From an uncultured Verrucomicrobiae bacterium (lineage in GTDB: Bacteria > Verrucomicrobiota > Verrucomicrobiia > Limisphaerales > Palsa-1400), in NCBI GenBank assembly GCA_963764165.1, contig CAVXRD010000002.1, positions 2,016,001 to 2,080,000 on the forward strand: DNA of 64,000 bases, given 5' to 3'. Every line of letters begins with the position of its first letter. Positions within the stretch are counted from its first letter, which is position 1. The notes below the pieces were generated by a model. It was not told the DNA's origin. It did not search any database and saw only the letters and a list, made by a program, of their open reading frames with translations. Both the position numbers and the translations under genes were made by a program. Below, in pieces: positions 51,011 to 60,665 of the stretch.

Positions 51011-53623
51011 ATGAAAAACTGCAGATCGCTGCGAATGTTTGGAAGGCTGGCGGCCCTCGCGCTCATGGCGGCCTGCTCCGCTTCCGCCGCGGACTACACG
51101 GCCATCGTCGCGTTTGGCGACAGCTATACAGATACAGGCAGGGGAGCCCCTTCGTCGCCTCCGGACTACTACGATGGCCGCTTTTCCAACGGTCGTCTTT
51201 GGATCGAATACTTGTCGACGACGCTTGGATTTAATTATAACGCGGCAAACAACTATGCCGTCAGCGGAACTGAATCGGACGAGCTGGGAGAGGCCATCGC
51301 AAAATATCCAGGAACAAAGGATTCCAACGGGGTCTTGTTTGCAATCTGGTCCGGCAACAATGATTTTCAGGGCCACTTGGACGAAGGAACGAACGATGAC
51401 TATTGGAGCGACAGCGTGGCCCATACCGTTTCAAGCCTTACCAATTCCTGCGGCCTGCTGTACCAGAAGGGCGCGCGCAATATTATTTTGTTTAATCAGA
51501 TCGACATTACGCAGCTTCCCATCTTCACCGAGAACTACTCGGCGGAATTCGGTGAATATATCTCGGGAGAAATCAATGATATGAATTCCCAGCTTGAAAG
51601 CGCGCTGGGGCCGCTTCTAGATGCCAGTCCCGGTCTGCAAATCTACATGGTTGACGCTTATGACGATTTTAACTCCTTGCTTGCCAATTACACATCCTAC
51701 GGGTTCGTTAACGATACTATAGGAGCCATCAATGACCCCAATCTTTCGAACATCAGCTTCACCGGTCCGGGTGCCGCGTATGTCTTCTGGGATGACCAGC
51801 ACCCCACTACCAAGGCTCACGATCTGATCTCTGGCTGGGTCGCCAACGAATTGGGTTTCAGCAGCACGCCCTCTGATTTGACGGTGCAGATCCAAGGAAA
51901 GGGGTCCGTCAGCCCCAACTACAATGGGAAACTATTGCAAATTGGGAAAAGCTACAGCATGACCGCCACCGCGGCGTCGGGTTTTGCCTTCACCGGCTGG
52001 ATCGACGCGTCCGGCACAGCTTTGACTGCCTCCCGAAAACTGGATTTTAACATGGGATACGATCTTACGTTTATCGCGACATTCGCGGATGTGAGCCCGC
52101 CGACGATGACTGTGACCGCGCCGCCCTCGGAAGTGACCCAGCCGGACCTGACAGTCAAGGGAACCGCGCACGATAATGTCGGAGTCGACGCGGTTTATTG
52201 CCAGGTCAATGCCGGAGGCTGGCAACTCGTTGCCACTGCCAACGGCTACACCAATTGGAACACGACTCTCGCACTCACCGGGGGCGCAAACACACTGCAA
52301 TTCTACAGCGTCGATCTTTCCGGCAACATCTCCAAAACCTACAGCGTGAGCGTCTTCTACGCCACTACCAACCCGTTGACTCTGGCCACCAACGGAATGG
52401 GCAAAATCACTCGAGGTTTTGGCAGCGATCTTCTGGTCGTGGGCAGGGACTACACTGTCACGGCTGTGCCAGCCGCCAACAATTTATTTTCCAACTGGAG
52501 CGCCGTGGGTCCGGACGGAGAAGTTACGTTGACCGGCAATCCGCTGAAATTTTTGATGCAGTCCAACATGATGTTGACGGCGAATTTCGTGACCAACAGC
52601 TTTCTGGAAGCGGCTGGCGAGTACAACGGCCTCTTTTCTGTCACAGCCACTGGCGTAACCGAAGAAACAGCGGGGCAGCTCCGCGATTTTAAGGTAAGTT
52701 CGCAGGGCGTTTACAGCGGCCAGCTACTGATCGGCGGAGCTACCTACTCTCTGAGCGGGCGCTTCAATGTGGCGGGTCTGGCCAGTGTGACGATCCCGCG
52801 GGCCCGCCCCGCCGGGCCACTGATTTTGCAGTTGGCGCTGAACTGGACCACTCAACCGCCCCAATTGACCGGCACAGTTTCCGGCACCAATGGCGGCGCC
52901 TGGTCAGCTGACTTGATAGCGGAGTTGGCGGGCAGCCAATTGCGCTCTGCCGCCTATACGATGCTCCTTCCGCCCCAGGCCGATGAATCGGCGGCGGCGC
53001 CGCCGGGCTACGGCTACGCCGCCATCACCAACCACAACGGCACGGTCACGTTGAGCGGAGCTTTGGCCGACGGGGCCAGCTTCAGCCAAACGGTGGCCGT
53101 CGCTACCACAGGCGACGTGCCCATCTACGCCAGCCTTTATAACCATGCAGGATTAGTGCTGGGATGGATTAATTTGGTCAATGGCTCGCCCGCGGGAGAG
53201 TTGGTCTGGATCAAAGAAGCGGCCAAGACCTCGAAAGCTTATCCGGACGGATTTACCAACAGCAGCATGCCGGCATTATGGTCCCCTTGGGCCAATCCGC
53301 CGCATGACCTGGCAGCCATTCCTATCACTGACGGAGAACTAACCGTTTCCGGCCCGGATGGGCTGGCGCCCCAGCTTTCCTTCAACATACAGGTCAACGC
53401 CGAAAACCAAGTGGTTAAATTAGCGGACGGCTCGCCAACCAACTCATTGACCGGCTCAATCAATCCCAAGACCGGAGTATGGACCGTCACATTTGGCAAC
53501 GGCAATGGGCGCGCGACCACCGAAGGCAAGGGTGCATTCTTGCAGAACACTTCCAATGCGGGAGGGTTTTTCGTGGGCGCCACCAATGCTGGATCGATCA
53601 CTCTGGCCCCCGCCTCGCAGTAG
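51011..53623 (+). CDS. Secreted SGNH/GDSL hydrolase with Ig-like repeats and shared C-terminal domain
   Basis: FGDSYTDTG, GRFSNG, G.ND and FWDDQHPT catalytic blocks. Confidence 0.92.
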   Translation: MKNCRSLRMFGRLAALALMAACSASAADYTAIVAFGDSYTDTGRGAPSSPPDYYDGRFSNGRLWIEYLSTTLGFNYNAANNYAVSGTESDELGEAIAKYPGTKDSNGVLFAIWSGNNDFQGHLDEGTNDDYWSDSVAHTVSSLTNSCGLLYQKGARNIILFNQIDITQLPIFTENYSAEFGEYISGEINDMNSQLESALGPLLDASPGLQIYMVDAYDDFNSLLANYTSYGFVNDTIGAINDPNLSNISFTGPGAAYVFWDDQHPTTKAHDLISGWVANELGFSSTPSDLTVQIQGKGSVSPNYNGKLLQIGKSYSMTATAASGFAFTGWIDASGTALTASRKLDFNMGYDLTFIATFADVSPPTMTVTAPPSEVTQPDLTVKGTAHDNVGVDAVYCQVNAGGWQLVATANGYTNWNTTLALTGGANTLQFYSVDLSGNISKTYSVSVFYATTNPLTLATNGMGKITRGFGSDLLVVGRDYTVTAVPAANNLFSNWSAVGPDGEVTLTGNPLKFLMQSNMMLTANFVTNSFLEAAGEYNGLFSVTATGVTEETAGQLRDFKVSSQGVYSGQLLIGGATYSLSGRFNVAGLASVTIPRARPAGPLILQLALNWTTQPPQLTGTVSGTNGGAWSADLIAELAGSQLRSAAYTMLLPPQADESAAAPPGYGYAAITNHNGTVTLSGALADGASFSQTVAVATTGDVPIYASLYNHAGLVLGWINLVNGSPAGELVWIKEAAKTSKAYPDGFTNSSMPALWSPWANPPHDLAAIPITDGELTVSGPDGLAPQLSFNIQVNAENQVVKLADGSPTNSLTGSINPKTGVWTVTFGNGNGRATTEGKGAFLQNTSNAGGFFVGATNAGSITLAPASQ

Positions 53624-54359
53624 AAATAGTTTGCCTTGAACACAAACAGGCACGGCCCCTCATTTCAAGCAGAGGAAGCGCGCTGCTCCGGCCATCCCCG
53701 CAAGAGCATTTTTAAAAATTCTGTGGCCATTTGCGGCGAGGATTTTTGAGTTCTGGCGAGGCTTTTGGCGAGAGAGCATGTCCGCAGCGACCTGCGACGG
53801 AGCCGAAACGAAGCCAGCACTCAAGAAGACCGCTGTCGCTCGAATTTGGCAAATGGCCGAGAATTTTTTTAAAAATCCTCGAAAGCTTTCATCTCGGGAC
53901 CGTTGGCCATGGTTCATTCCACCGAAATCGTCTAGAAAACCAAGGGTGCAATAGCGTGCAATAGCATGAAATGGCACGATCACGACTCATTGAGCCGCCC
54001 TGGCCTTAGCCGTAACAACGCAGTTGGATTTGGGAGCGCGACCGCCTCGCCTGGGCGGGTTGCCCGTCGCCCACCCCCGAGGGCGGGTGCGCCCCCCATG
54101 AATTGCGGGAATCCGCAAATTGTCAAAGAACACGCCTCGATGGCAACAAGAAGAAAAATAAGGCCGAAGGCCATTTTGTCAATTAACATTGCAATTACAT
54201 TGTTTGGTGGTATTATGAGGGAAGAATAGAGATGGTCAAAATTTGATTTGCGGCCGGCGGGCGCGCCCCAGAGCCGCTTGGATTTGAGTCAAAACCCTTT
54301 GTTTCGTTTTACTTGGTGTCAAATTTCCCCATGCTTGCCCGGGCCAGCCGAAGACGAAA

Positions 54360-54740
54360 AACAGCCTTGAACAGAAGGGCGCAAAGATCACGAAGAAAAC
54401 GAGCTTGTGAAAAATTGGCCACAGATTTGCACAGATCAGCACAGATTTTGGGAAAAGCCGCACTCGACAAGCTCCGGACGGCTATTTCATCCGCAACCGG
54501 CCCATGTTCCGCCATGTCGAGCGCATGAATTTCATCTGTGTTGATCTGTGTCCATCTATGGCTTCTTGGAGAAACTGGCGGTTCTGGCATTCATTTCGCC
54601 GAGGAAACTCTGCGTTCTCCGCGCGATTGCGTTTCCGGACTCGAATCAAGGACGGTATCACATGTATCGTCAACGGCTTGCCAGAGGGAGAAGAACTTTC
54701 GCGCAGAGAAGATGAGGGCGCAGAGGAACACAAACACAAA
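54360..54740. repeat. Cluster of short imperfect repeats/palindromes with a GxxExxY-like C-terminal remnant
   Basis: CACAGAT x3 facing ATCTGTG x2 (54419-54561), CGCAGAG/CTCTGCG motifs, and RIKDGITCIVNGL at ~54643-54680. Confidence 0.55.
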
Positions 54741-54792
54741 TCCGCGCTCCACTGAAAACAGCGACGAACCGGGAAGAACGCGACAAGCGGTC

Positions 54793-54958
54793 AGAGCGTG
54801 TTTTGAAAATGGCTTGGGAAGGGATTGCGAGCGCGGCGGGGCGGATCGCGAGGCGCGACGAAGGAGAATATCCCTCGTGGACCTTCGACTGAGGAGCAAC
54901 GAAGCCAGCCGTCCCGCCCCGTCGCAAGACCAGCCAAGCCGTTTTCAAAACACGCTCT
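54793..54958. mobile_element. MITE (166 bp)
   Basis: 25-bp terminal inverted repeats AGAGCGTGTTTTGAAAATGGCTTGG and CCAAGCCGTTTTCAAAACACGCTCT (1 mismatch); no transposase-sized ORF inside. Confidence 0.85.
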
Positions 54959-55004
54959 TAGTCATCAACGAAGCTCAACTGGTGGCATAAACTGCTGGGT
55001 GAAC

Positions 55005-55046
55005 GGGCGGCGAGGGCGCCGGGCTTCAGCCCGGCCCCCGCCGCCC
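55005..55046. terminator. Strong GC hairpin
   Basis: GGGCGGCGAGGGCGCCGGGC-TTCA-GCCCGGCCCCCGCCGCCC followed by a T-rich stretch. Confidence 0.5.
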
Positions 55047-55316
55047 TTAACCTTGTTTAATACTCTAATAACTGTCCTGAAATCAAAGGTCGTTTTGATA
55101 CCAGTGAATTACAATCACTACGCGTATTTTATAATGGTGCCGAAATTGGAAATCGGCTAAACTTAACGGGAATGCACAGAAGAGCCATCCGACTTTGGGC
55201 ACTTCTGACGAAAGACCCAGGCGGTAGAAGCTTGACAAGCGAAAACTCGTAAAGCGAAGAAAGGATCATTATGAGTAATTCAGCAATTACAATGACCGGC
55301 AGCACCGAGCACAAGA

Positions 55317-56090
55317 ATGAAAACCTGCGAGCCTGTACTCCGTACTGTATTAAGTGCGGTGCTTGAGCATCCCATTATTGGTCTGAGCAGCATAATTTGT
55401 GCCGCAATTAGTGTTGGCTGGGCTGCAGCAATCTTCATCCAGACGTGGCCTCGCGATTACGCGGTGATCAAGGAGAATAACGTACAATATAGGCACCAAA
55501 TCGAATTTGATAATCAGCAAATAGCTAGCTTGAAGCTGCAGATTGACAATTTAAGGCAGAAGGTCGATTGGATTGGCCCGAATACTCTATCAATTCAGGA
55601 CTTACCGCCAGCACTTCAAGGCTCACCCGCTTACAGTGTTGCCAGAATTTGGGATTTTTGGTCGAATACCCTCTCACTGGATATTATCAAGCTCGACAGA
55701 ATTTTTGTAGATCTTAGTGCGTTCAAGCGAATCAATCGTGTTGTCAACTTAAACAAGATCCCCAATAGCTATCGAAGAACCAATTTCGACTCGCAATTGT
55801 CGGAATTTCTTTTGATGATTGCACCAATTTATTCGGATACGTCTCGAAGTCCAAGGCTGTCAGTAGTAGCAGAGCAAGTAAGAGAATTTCAGCGTTTCTG
55901 CAATGAATCAAGCGTAGATGGCATAGTGGGGCCAGCAACCTGGAATAACATTGAAAAAGTTCACGAAATTATCGACAGTGAATTTGAAAATCAGGGGATT
56001 GATCCACATGCCAAGTGGAAGTTTAAGGTTCGCGAACAATTCCAAAAGCGAGCGAACCCCGAACCTGCCCCCTCGCTTGCGTACGAATGA
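55317..56090 (+). CDS. Membrane-anchored protein with coiled coil and peptidoglycan-binding-like motif
   Basis: TM helix, coiled coil and VREFQR....VDGIVGPATW. The DNA is AT-richer than its flanks. Confidence 0.7.
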   Translation: MKTCEPVLRTVLSAVLEHPIIGLSSIICAAISVGWAAAIFIQTWPRDYAVIKENNVQYRHQIEFDNQQIASLKLQIDNLRQKVDWIGPNTLSIQDLPPALQGSPAYSVARIWDFWSNTLSLDIIKLDRIFVDLSAFKRINRVVNLNKIPNSYRRTNFDSQLSEFLLMIAPIYSDTSRSPRLSVVAEQVREFQRFCNESSVDGIVGPATWNNIEKVHEIIDSEFENQGIDPHAKWKFKVREQFQKRANPEPAPSLAYE

Positions 56091-56173
56091 GTGAGTAAAT
56101 AAAGGAGGGCGTGCAACTTGCGTTTAGTTAGGATTATTCAAACACTATGTCCAGAAAATAATGAGTCACCAAT

Positions 56174-56935
56174 ATGAGTATCTGGAAGAAAATATTCCGC
56201 ACTAAGAAGTCACCAGAAGTTGAGGCTGCCGAAATCGATTCAATTCATAACGCTGCGCGATCTGGTGACTTCGAGAAGGTAAAGGCATTGCTCAAAGAGA
56301 GTCCTAACTTGGCTACCAAGACAGACCCACATAGTTTTGATGGGACGCATTTGCACTGCGCAGCGGCTAAAGGCCATAAAGACGTGGTGGAATTGCTGAT
56401 TGCCAGCGGAGCCGACGTCAATGCAACGGGATATTCCGGTGTCGGGACGCCTCTGCATGAGGCGGCGGCTAGGGGCCATAAAGACGTGGTGGAACTCTTG
56501 CTGGCCCGGGGAGCCGAGGTCAATTCCAAGGAAAATGACCAGAGAAGCGAAAGGAGTCCGTTGCACGAGGCGGCGGCTAGGGGCCACAAAGACATAGTTG
56601 AACTCCTGCTGGCCAAAGGGGCCTATCTCCATGCCACGAATCGACTGTCCGCGACGGCATTGCATTTTGCGACTCAAGGGAACCACACGAGCGTGGTCGA
56701 ACTGCTAGTGAGAAAAGGTGCCGATGTAAATGCCAAGGAGGATAATTGCAGTCAGACGCCTTTGCACTTTGCTGCCCGTAGTGGCAGTAAGAACCTGGCC
56801 GAACTACTGCTGGCGAACGGAGCTGATGTCAACGCCAAGGGACATTCTGTCGTGGGGACACCGTTGTTAGAGGCAGCTAAAGAAGGGAACAAAGAGATGG
56901 TTGAATTTCTGCGCCGACATGGCGGTCACGAATAG
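56174..56935 (+). CDS. Ankyrin repeat protein
   Basis: About 7 repeats of TPLH.AA..GH.DVVELLL..GADVN. Confidence 0.95.
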   Translation: MSIWKKIFRTKKSPEVEAAEIDSIHNAARSGDFEKVKALLKESPNLATKTDPHSFDGTHLHCAAAKGHKDVVELLIASGADVNATGYSGVGTPLHEAAARGHKDVVELLLARGAEVNSKENDQRSERSPLHEAAARGHKDIVELLLAKGAYLHATNRLSATALHFATQGNHTSVVELLVRKGADVNAKEDNCSQTPLHFAARSGSKNLAELLLANGADVNAKGHSVVGTPLLEAAKEGNKEMVEFLRRHGGHE

Positions 56936-57133
56936 CGTCTGTGCGAATCGGGTTCTTTGACGGACCCCTCGAACGTTTTTCAATCTGTGCTAGACTTTGT
57001 GCTAGTTTCACGAAAGAACCTCGCCACTTCGGAAGAAATGGAGAATCTGCAAAAGTGACATAACATCAATAAGACCAATACCTTAAGCGGCGTGGCAAGT
57101 GATGAGGTGCGACGGCCTGAAATGGCCAAAAGT

Positions 57134-57175
57134 GGATTCTTAAGTCCTGTGCGTCTGCCATTTCGCCACTCCGGC
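57134..57175 (-). tRNA. 5' half of tRNA-Leu(TAA) only (fragment, att-like)
   Basis: GCCGGAGTGGCGAAATGGCAGACGCACAGGACTTAAGAATCC covers the acceptor 5' strand, D-arm and anticodon loop. No variable arm, T-arm or 3' acceptor strand follows. Confidence 0.75.
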
Positions 57176-57285
57176 TCACCGAATCGCCAACTCCAGAAAA
57201 TCGCGGCCCTGTCCACACCGTAGCCCTTGGGCGAAAGTGGATGAAAATTTGGACAGGAGGAAGACGGAGGGAACGGAGTTGGAGA

Positions 57286-57981
57286 TCATTGTCCGTAGTA
57301 AGCGCTCCCCCCGTGCTTGCGTTTCCAATGTTTGTTTACAATGGCTTCAGGCAGGGGTTGAGCTTTGGGATTCAGTTGCAGCGTCTCGAACGCCATCTGC
57401 GCGCACGCTTCCAATGCAATGGCATTTTCCATCGCTTTTTCCGGCGTCGATCCCCATGTGAATGGTCCGTGGCCCTGCAATAGCACCGCCGGAATGTCGT
57501 CCGGATTTATTCCCTTTTGTTTGAAGCATTCCTCGATAGCCACACCTGTGTTCAGTTCATAGCCGCCGTCAATCTCAGATTGGGTCAGGAACCGCATGCA
57601 CGGAACGGCGCCGCCAAAATGATCCGCGTGTGTGGTGCCATAGCATGGCAGCTCGCGGCCCGCTTGCGCCCAAGCCGTCGCGTGCCGCGAATGCGTATGC
57701 ACAATGCCGCCAATGTTCGGAAACGCGCGGTAAAGATGCAAATGGGTCGCGGTGTCGGAGGAGGGACGATAGTTGCCTTCGACGACGGTTCCATCGGCAA
57801 TTTTCAAAAGAACGATGTCCTCCGGGGTCAGTTTGTCGTAAGGCACACCGCTCGGCTTGATGGCCATGATCCCCGCCCCGCGATCCACGCCGCTTGCGTT
57901 GCCCCAGGTCAGGATGACCAATCCCGAATCAACCAGAGCTTTATTGACCTGGCAGACTTTGCCTTTCAATTCATCGAGCAT
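57286..57981 (-). CDS. araD: L-ribulose-5-phosphate 4-epimerase
   Basis: TWGNASG, IKPSGV, PSSDT.TH, HTHS, GTTHADHF, HGPFTWG, C-terminal AYYGQ. Confidence 0.95.
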   Translation of the reverse strand: MLDELKGKVCQVNKALVDSGLVILTWGNASGVDRGAGIMAIKPSGVPYDKLTPEDIVLLKIADGTVVEGNYRPSSDTATHLHLYRAFPNIGGIVHTHSRHATAWAQAGRELPCYGTTHADHFGGAVPCMRFLTQSEIDGGYELNTGVAIEECFKQKGINPDDIPAVLLQGHGPFTWGSTPEKAMENAIALEACAQMAFETLQLNPKAQPLPEAIVNKHWKRKHGGSAYYGQ

Positions 57982-57983
57982 AG

Positions 57984-60653
57984 TTATTCGTTCATCCAGA
58001 CGATTGATTGCGTCTTGCCGCGATTCTCGCGGGCGAAATTGGGAATGGCCAGCAGCGGAGAGCCGTCGCTCCATTTGCCTGTGATGACCACCACGCCGCC
58101 CAGCAAATCGGCGCGCCATTCGGTGTTGAGCGATTTCAAGTCGGGCGACAAATTCAGACTCGGCTGGTCTATGGATTCCACATTGTAAACCAGCGGGCCG
58201 CGGCGGAGCGCGATTTTATTGCGATCCGCTTTGATGCGTTCGTCTGCCTTCACGACCTGGATTTCCATCGGCAATTCCAGGTCAATTTCATCACCAGCCT
58301 TCCACTCGCGCGTGATGGCCGCGTAGCCTTTTTCAATATTTGGCGAAATCTTTTTGTGGTTCACCGCCATTGATTTCAAACCGCTGACCTCAGGAGTTGC
58401 GGTATACAAGGCACTGGTGGCGCGGTTCGGCACGCGAACGAAAATAGTGAACTTTTTAGATTCCTTCGGGTTGACTTTGATCGCGACTTTTCCGCTCCAT
58501 GGATAATCGGTTTCCTGAACCAACTGGACCTCCGTGCCGGCAACCCGCCCGGCGTTGATGCTGCTGCCGATGAAGAGGTTCACAAAAATGCCTTCATCGC
58601 CCGTCGCATAAGCCCAAGTGGGGATCGCCAGCAATGTTCGCGGAATATTGCCGATACAGCATGGGCACTCGTGCCACCCGTAGCGCAGCTTGTCCTCGGC
58701 GAGCGGATTGTCGTAGTAAAAATGAGTGCCGCTCAAATCTGTGGAGCCGAGCAGCGCGTTGTAAATGGATTCTTCGTAAAGATCGGCGAACTTCGCGTTG
58801 TGATAGGCGAGGTTCATCTTCCATTGGAAAAAGATTTCGCCGCAAGTTGAGCAGGCTTCGCAGTAGGCCTCGTTGCGCAGAGAATAATCCGGCCCGAAAC
58901 CTTCGGAGGTTTCGCCGCTGCCAATGCCGCCGGTAACATAATACTTCTTGTTTACCAAGTTGTCCCAGATCGACAGCACGGCGCTTTGGTAATCCGCATC
59001 ATGCGTTTCCGCCGCGACATCCGCCATGCCGGAGATCAGATACGACTCCCGCACCGCATGGCCGACGGCCTCGTATTCCTCCTGCACCGGGACGCGGGTC
59101 TGGTCGTAATCCCCGCCGCCGTGGCGCCCTCGGCAATCGAGCAGAAATTTTGCCAGCGCGATATAACTGTCGCCATGATGGCTGCCTTCGACATCGTTGA
59201 CGAAACGGCCAAAACGAACAAGAGACTGCTCGATCTCCTCGTGACCATCATACCATTCCTTTTTCCCCGGCCCGATGTTTGCAACCCAGCAGTCTGCTAA
59301 TTTTTTTGCGGCCTCATACATCCGTTTATCCGTGCCGCCGGTCAGTCGATAATCGGCGATGGCCGACTCGATGAAATAGCCGGAGACGTAGCCCTCGTGA
59401 TTGCCACGCTGGGCCGGATTCCAGCGTGAAGGCCACTTCCGGCGGTCTGCCAAAGTGTAAGCCGTTTGCAGATAACCGTCCGGTTCCTGCGCGCTGAGAA
59501 TTATCGGAATCCAGTCATCGAGCGTCGCGCGAATATTTTTTTGCGCGGCGATAATTCCCGGGTCGCCCTGCGGATCCACCATCAGCGCAAGGCACATCGA
59601 TTCGACTGTGTTGTGAACATACGCATTAGCCCAGGGGGCGCCGTTTTGCGGCGCGTGCGGTTCGCCACGCAACGCCTTCCCCGCCTCGACAAAATTATCA
59701 ATGCCGCCATTGCTGTGCTCTTTGTTGGTCTCGCTCAACTCATCAATGCAATGCGGAATCCAGTTCACGATGAGCGCCTTTGCCCGCGCGTTCCACAAAG
59801 GGCTGTTTATCCGGTAAGGCGCTGTGTAAACCACATCGAGCCGGTTGCTTGGCGGCGGCGGGGCAACATTTACGCGCAATGTCGAAGACGAAGCTAGTTT
59901 TCCAGTGCCAGCCGAAAAGTTTAGAACGTAATCACCGGCCTTGGAAAATGTCGCGGTGGTGATGTTAGTATCCGCGTTTTCAAAACTCACGTTTCCAGTT
60001 CCAGAAACCTTGCTCCAGGACATTTTTGCGGAGGCGTCTGGTTTTGGCAATTTTACCGAGGCGCTCAAGTAGGTTTTGCCGCCAATGACCACATCGCGAT
60101 CAGCGCCCGCGCGTACTATGGGTGGGAAGTTTGGCGAACGGCCGGAATCCAACACGCGCCACTCCAAAATTCCCGTCGAATAAGCATCAACGCCGTCCAT
60201 TTCCAGTCTCAGCTTCGCGGTCGCGACCTCCGGAAATGTCGTCACGTTGAATTTGTCGCCTTGCACGCCGAGGCCGCTGGCGTTGGTAATTTCAATGAAC
60301 TTGCTTCCGTCCCATGACTTCACCCGGCACGCTTTCGGCAAACGCACCCCTCGATGATCGTCCCACCAATACACTTCAATTTGCTTCGTGCTGATCGGCT
60401 GGCTCCAGTCATATTCCACCCACTGCGTTCCATGTGTCGGCCAGTTGCCGTAACTGCCGTTCCCATCATCTCGCGAACTGCGGGGTGCGTAGCCGTCATT
60501 GAGCGCGTCCAGTGACGTATCGCCGGAGACATATGACGCCGCAGCCTTTGCGACGACCGCCAGATTGACGGATGACGCCTCGTTCTGCGCGATGCAAACA
60601 TGCGGAGCCGAACCGAACAACAACACAGCGGCAATGCAAAAGAGAGGTCGCAT
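57984..60653 (-). CDS. GH127 beta-L-arabinofuranosidase with N-terminal discoidin-like and PKD-like modules
   Basis: HEGY, GHAVR, YVTGGIGS, YCEAC, CPCC. Signal peptide. Confidence 0.9.
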   Translation of the reverse strand: MRPLFCIAAVLLFGSAPHVCIAQNEASSVNLAVVAKAAASYVSGDTSLDALNDGYAPRSSRDDGNGSYGNWPTHGTQWVEYDWSQPISTKQIEVYWWDDHRGVRLPKACRVKSWDGSKFIEITNASGLGVQGDKFNVTTFPEVATAKLRLEMDGVDAYSTGILEWRVLDSGRSPNFPPIVRAGADRDVVIGGKTYLSASVKLPKPDASAKMSWSKVSGTGNVSFENADTNITTATFSKAGDYVLNFSAGTGKLASSSTLRVNVAPPPPSNRLDVVYTAPYRINSPLWNARAKALIVNWIPHCIDELSETNKEHSNGGIDNFVEAGKALRGEPHAPQNGAPWANAYVHNTVESMCLALMVDPQGDPGIIAAQKNIRATLDDWIPIILSAQEPDGYLQTAYTLADRRKWPSRWNPAQRGNHEGYVSGYFIESAIADYRLTGGTDKRMYEAAKKLADCWVANIGPGKKEWYDGHEEIEQSLVRFGRFVNDVEGSHHGDSYIALAKFLLDCRGRHGGGDYDQTRVPVQEEYEAVGHAVRESYLISGMADVAAETHDADYQSAVLSIWDNLVNKKYYVTGGIGSGETSEGFGPDYSLRNEAYCEACSTCGEIFFQWKMNLAYHNAKFADLYEESIYNALLGSTDLSGTHFYYDNPLAEDKLRYGWHECPCCIGNIPRTLLAIPTWAYATGDEGIFVNLFIGSSINAGRVAGTEVQLVQETDYPWSGKVAIKVNPKESKKFTIFVRVPNRATSALYTATPEVSGLKSMAVNHKKISPNIEKGYAAITREWKAGDEIDLELPMEIQVVKADERIKADRNKIALRRGPLVYNVESIDQPSLNLSPDLKSLNTEWRADLLGGVVVITGKWSDGSPLLAIPNFARENRGKTQSIVWMNE

Positions 60654-60665
60654 AATAATTCAGGG

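Noticed and set aside
54118..54132. boxA-like TGTTCTTTGACAAT on the minus strand
   Set aside because: No rRNA operon is nearby and the motif is too short to support a call.
55200..55250. CTGACGA...GAAA resembling a hammerhead ribozyme core
   Set aside because: I could not form stem II or the flanking stems.
56360..56620. Near-identical ~100-bp repeats resembling a CRISPR array
   Set aside because: These are in-frame ankyrin repeats with no unique spacers and no cas genes.
57100..57175. Intact or intron-containing tRNA-Leu
   Set aside because: No T-arm/3' exon or group I intron core was found downstream, so it is kept only as a fragment.
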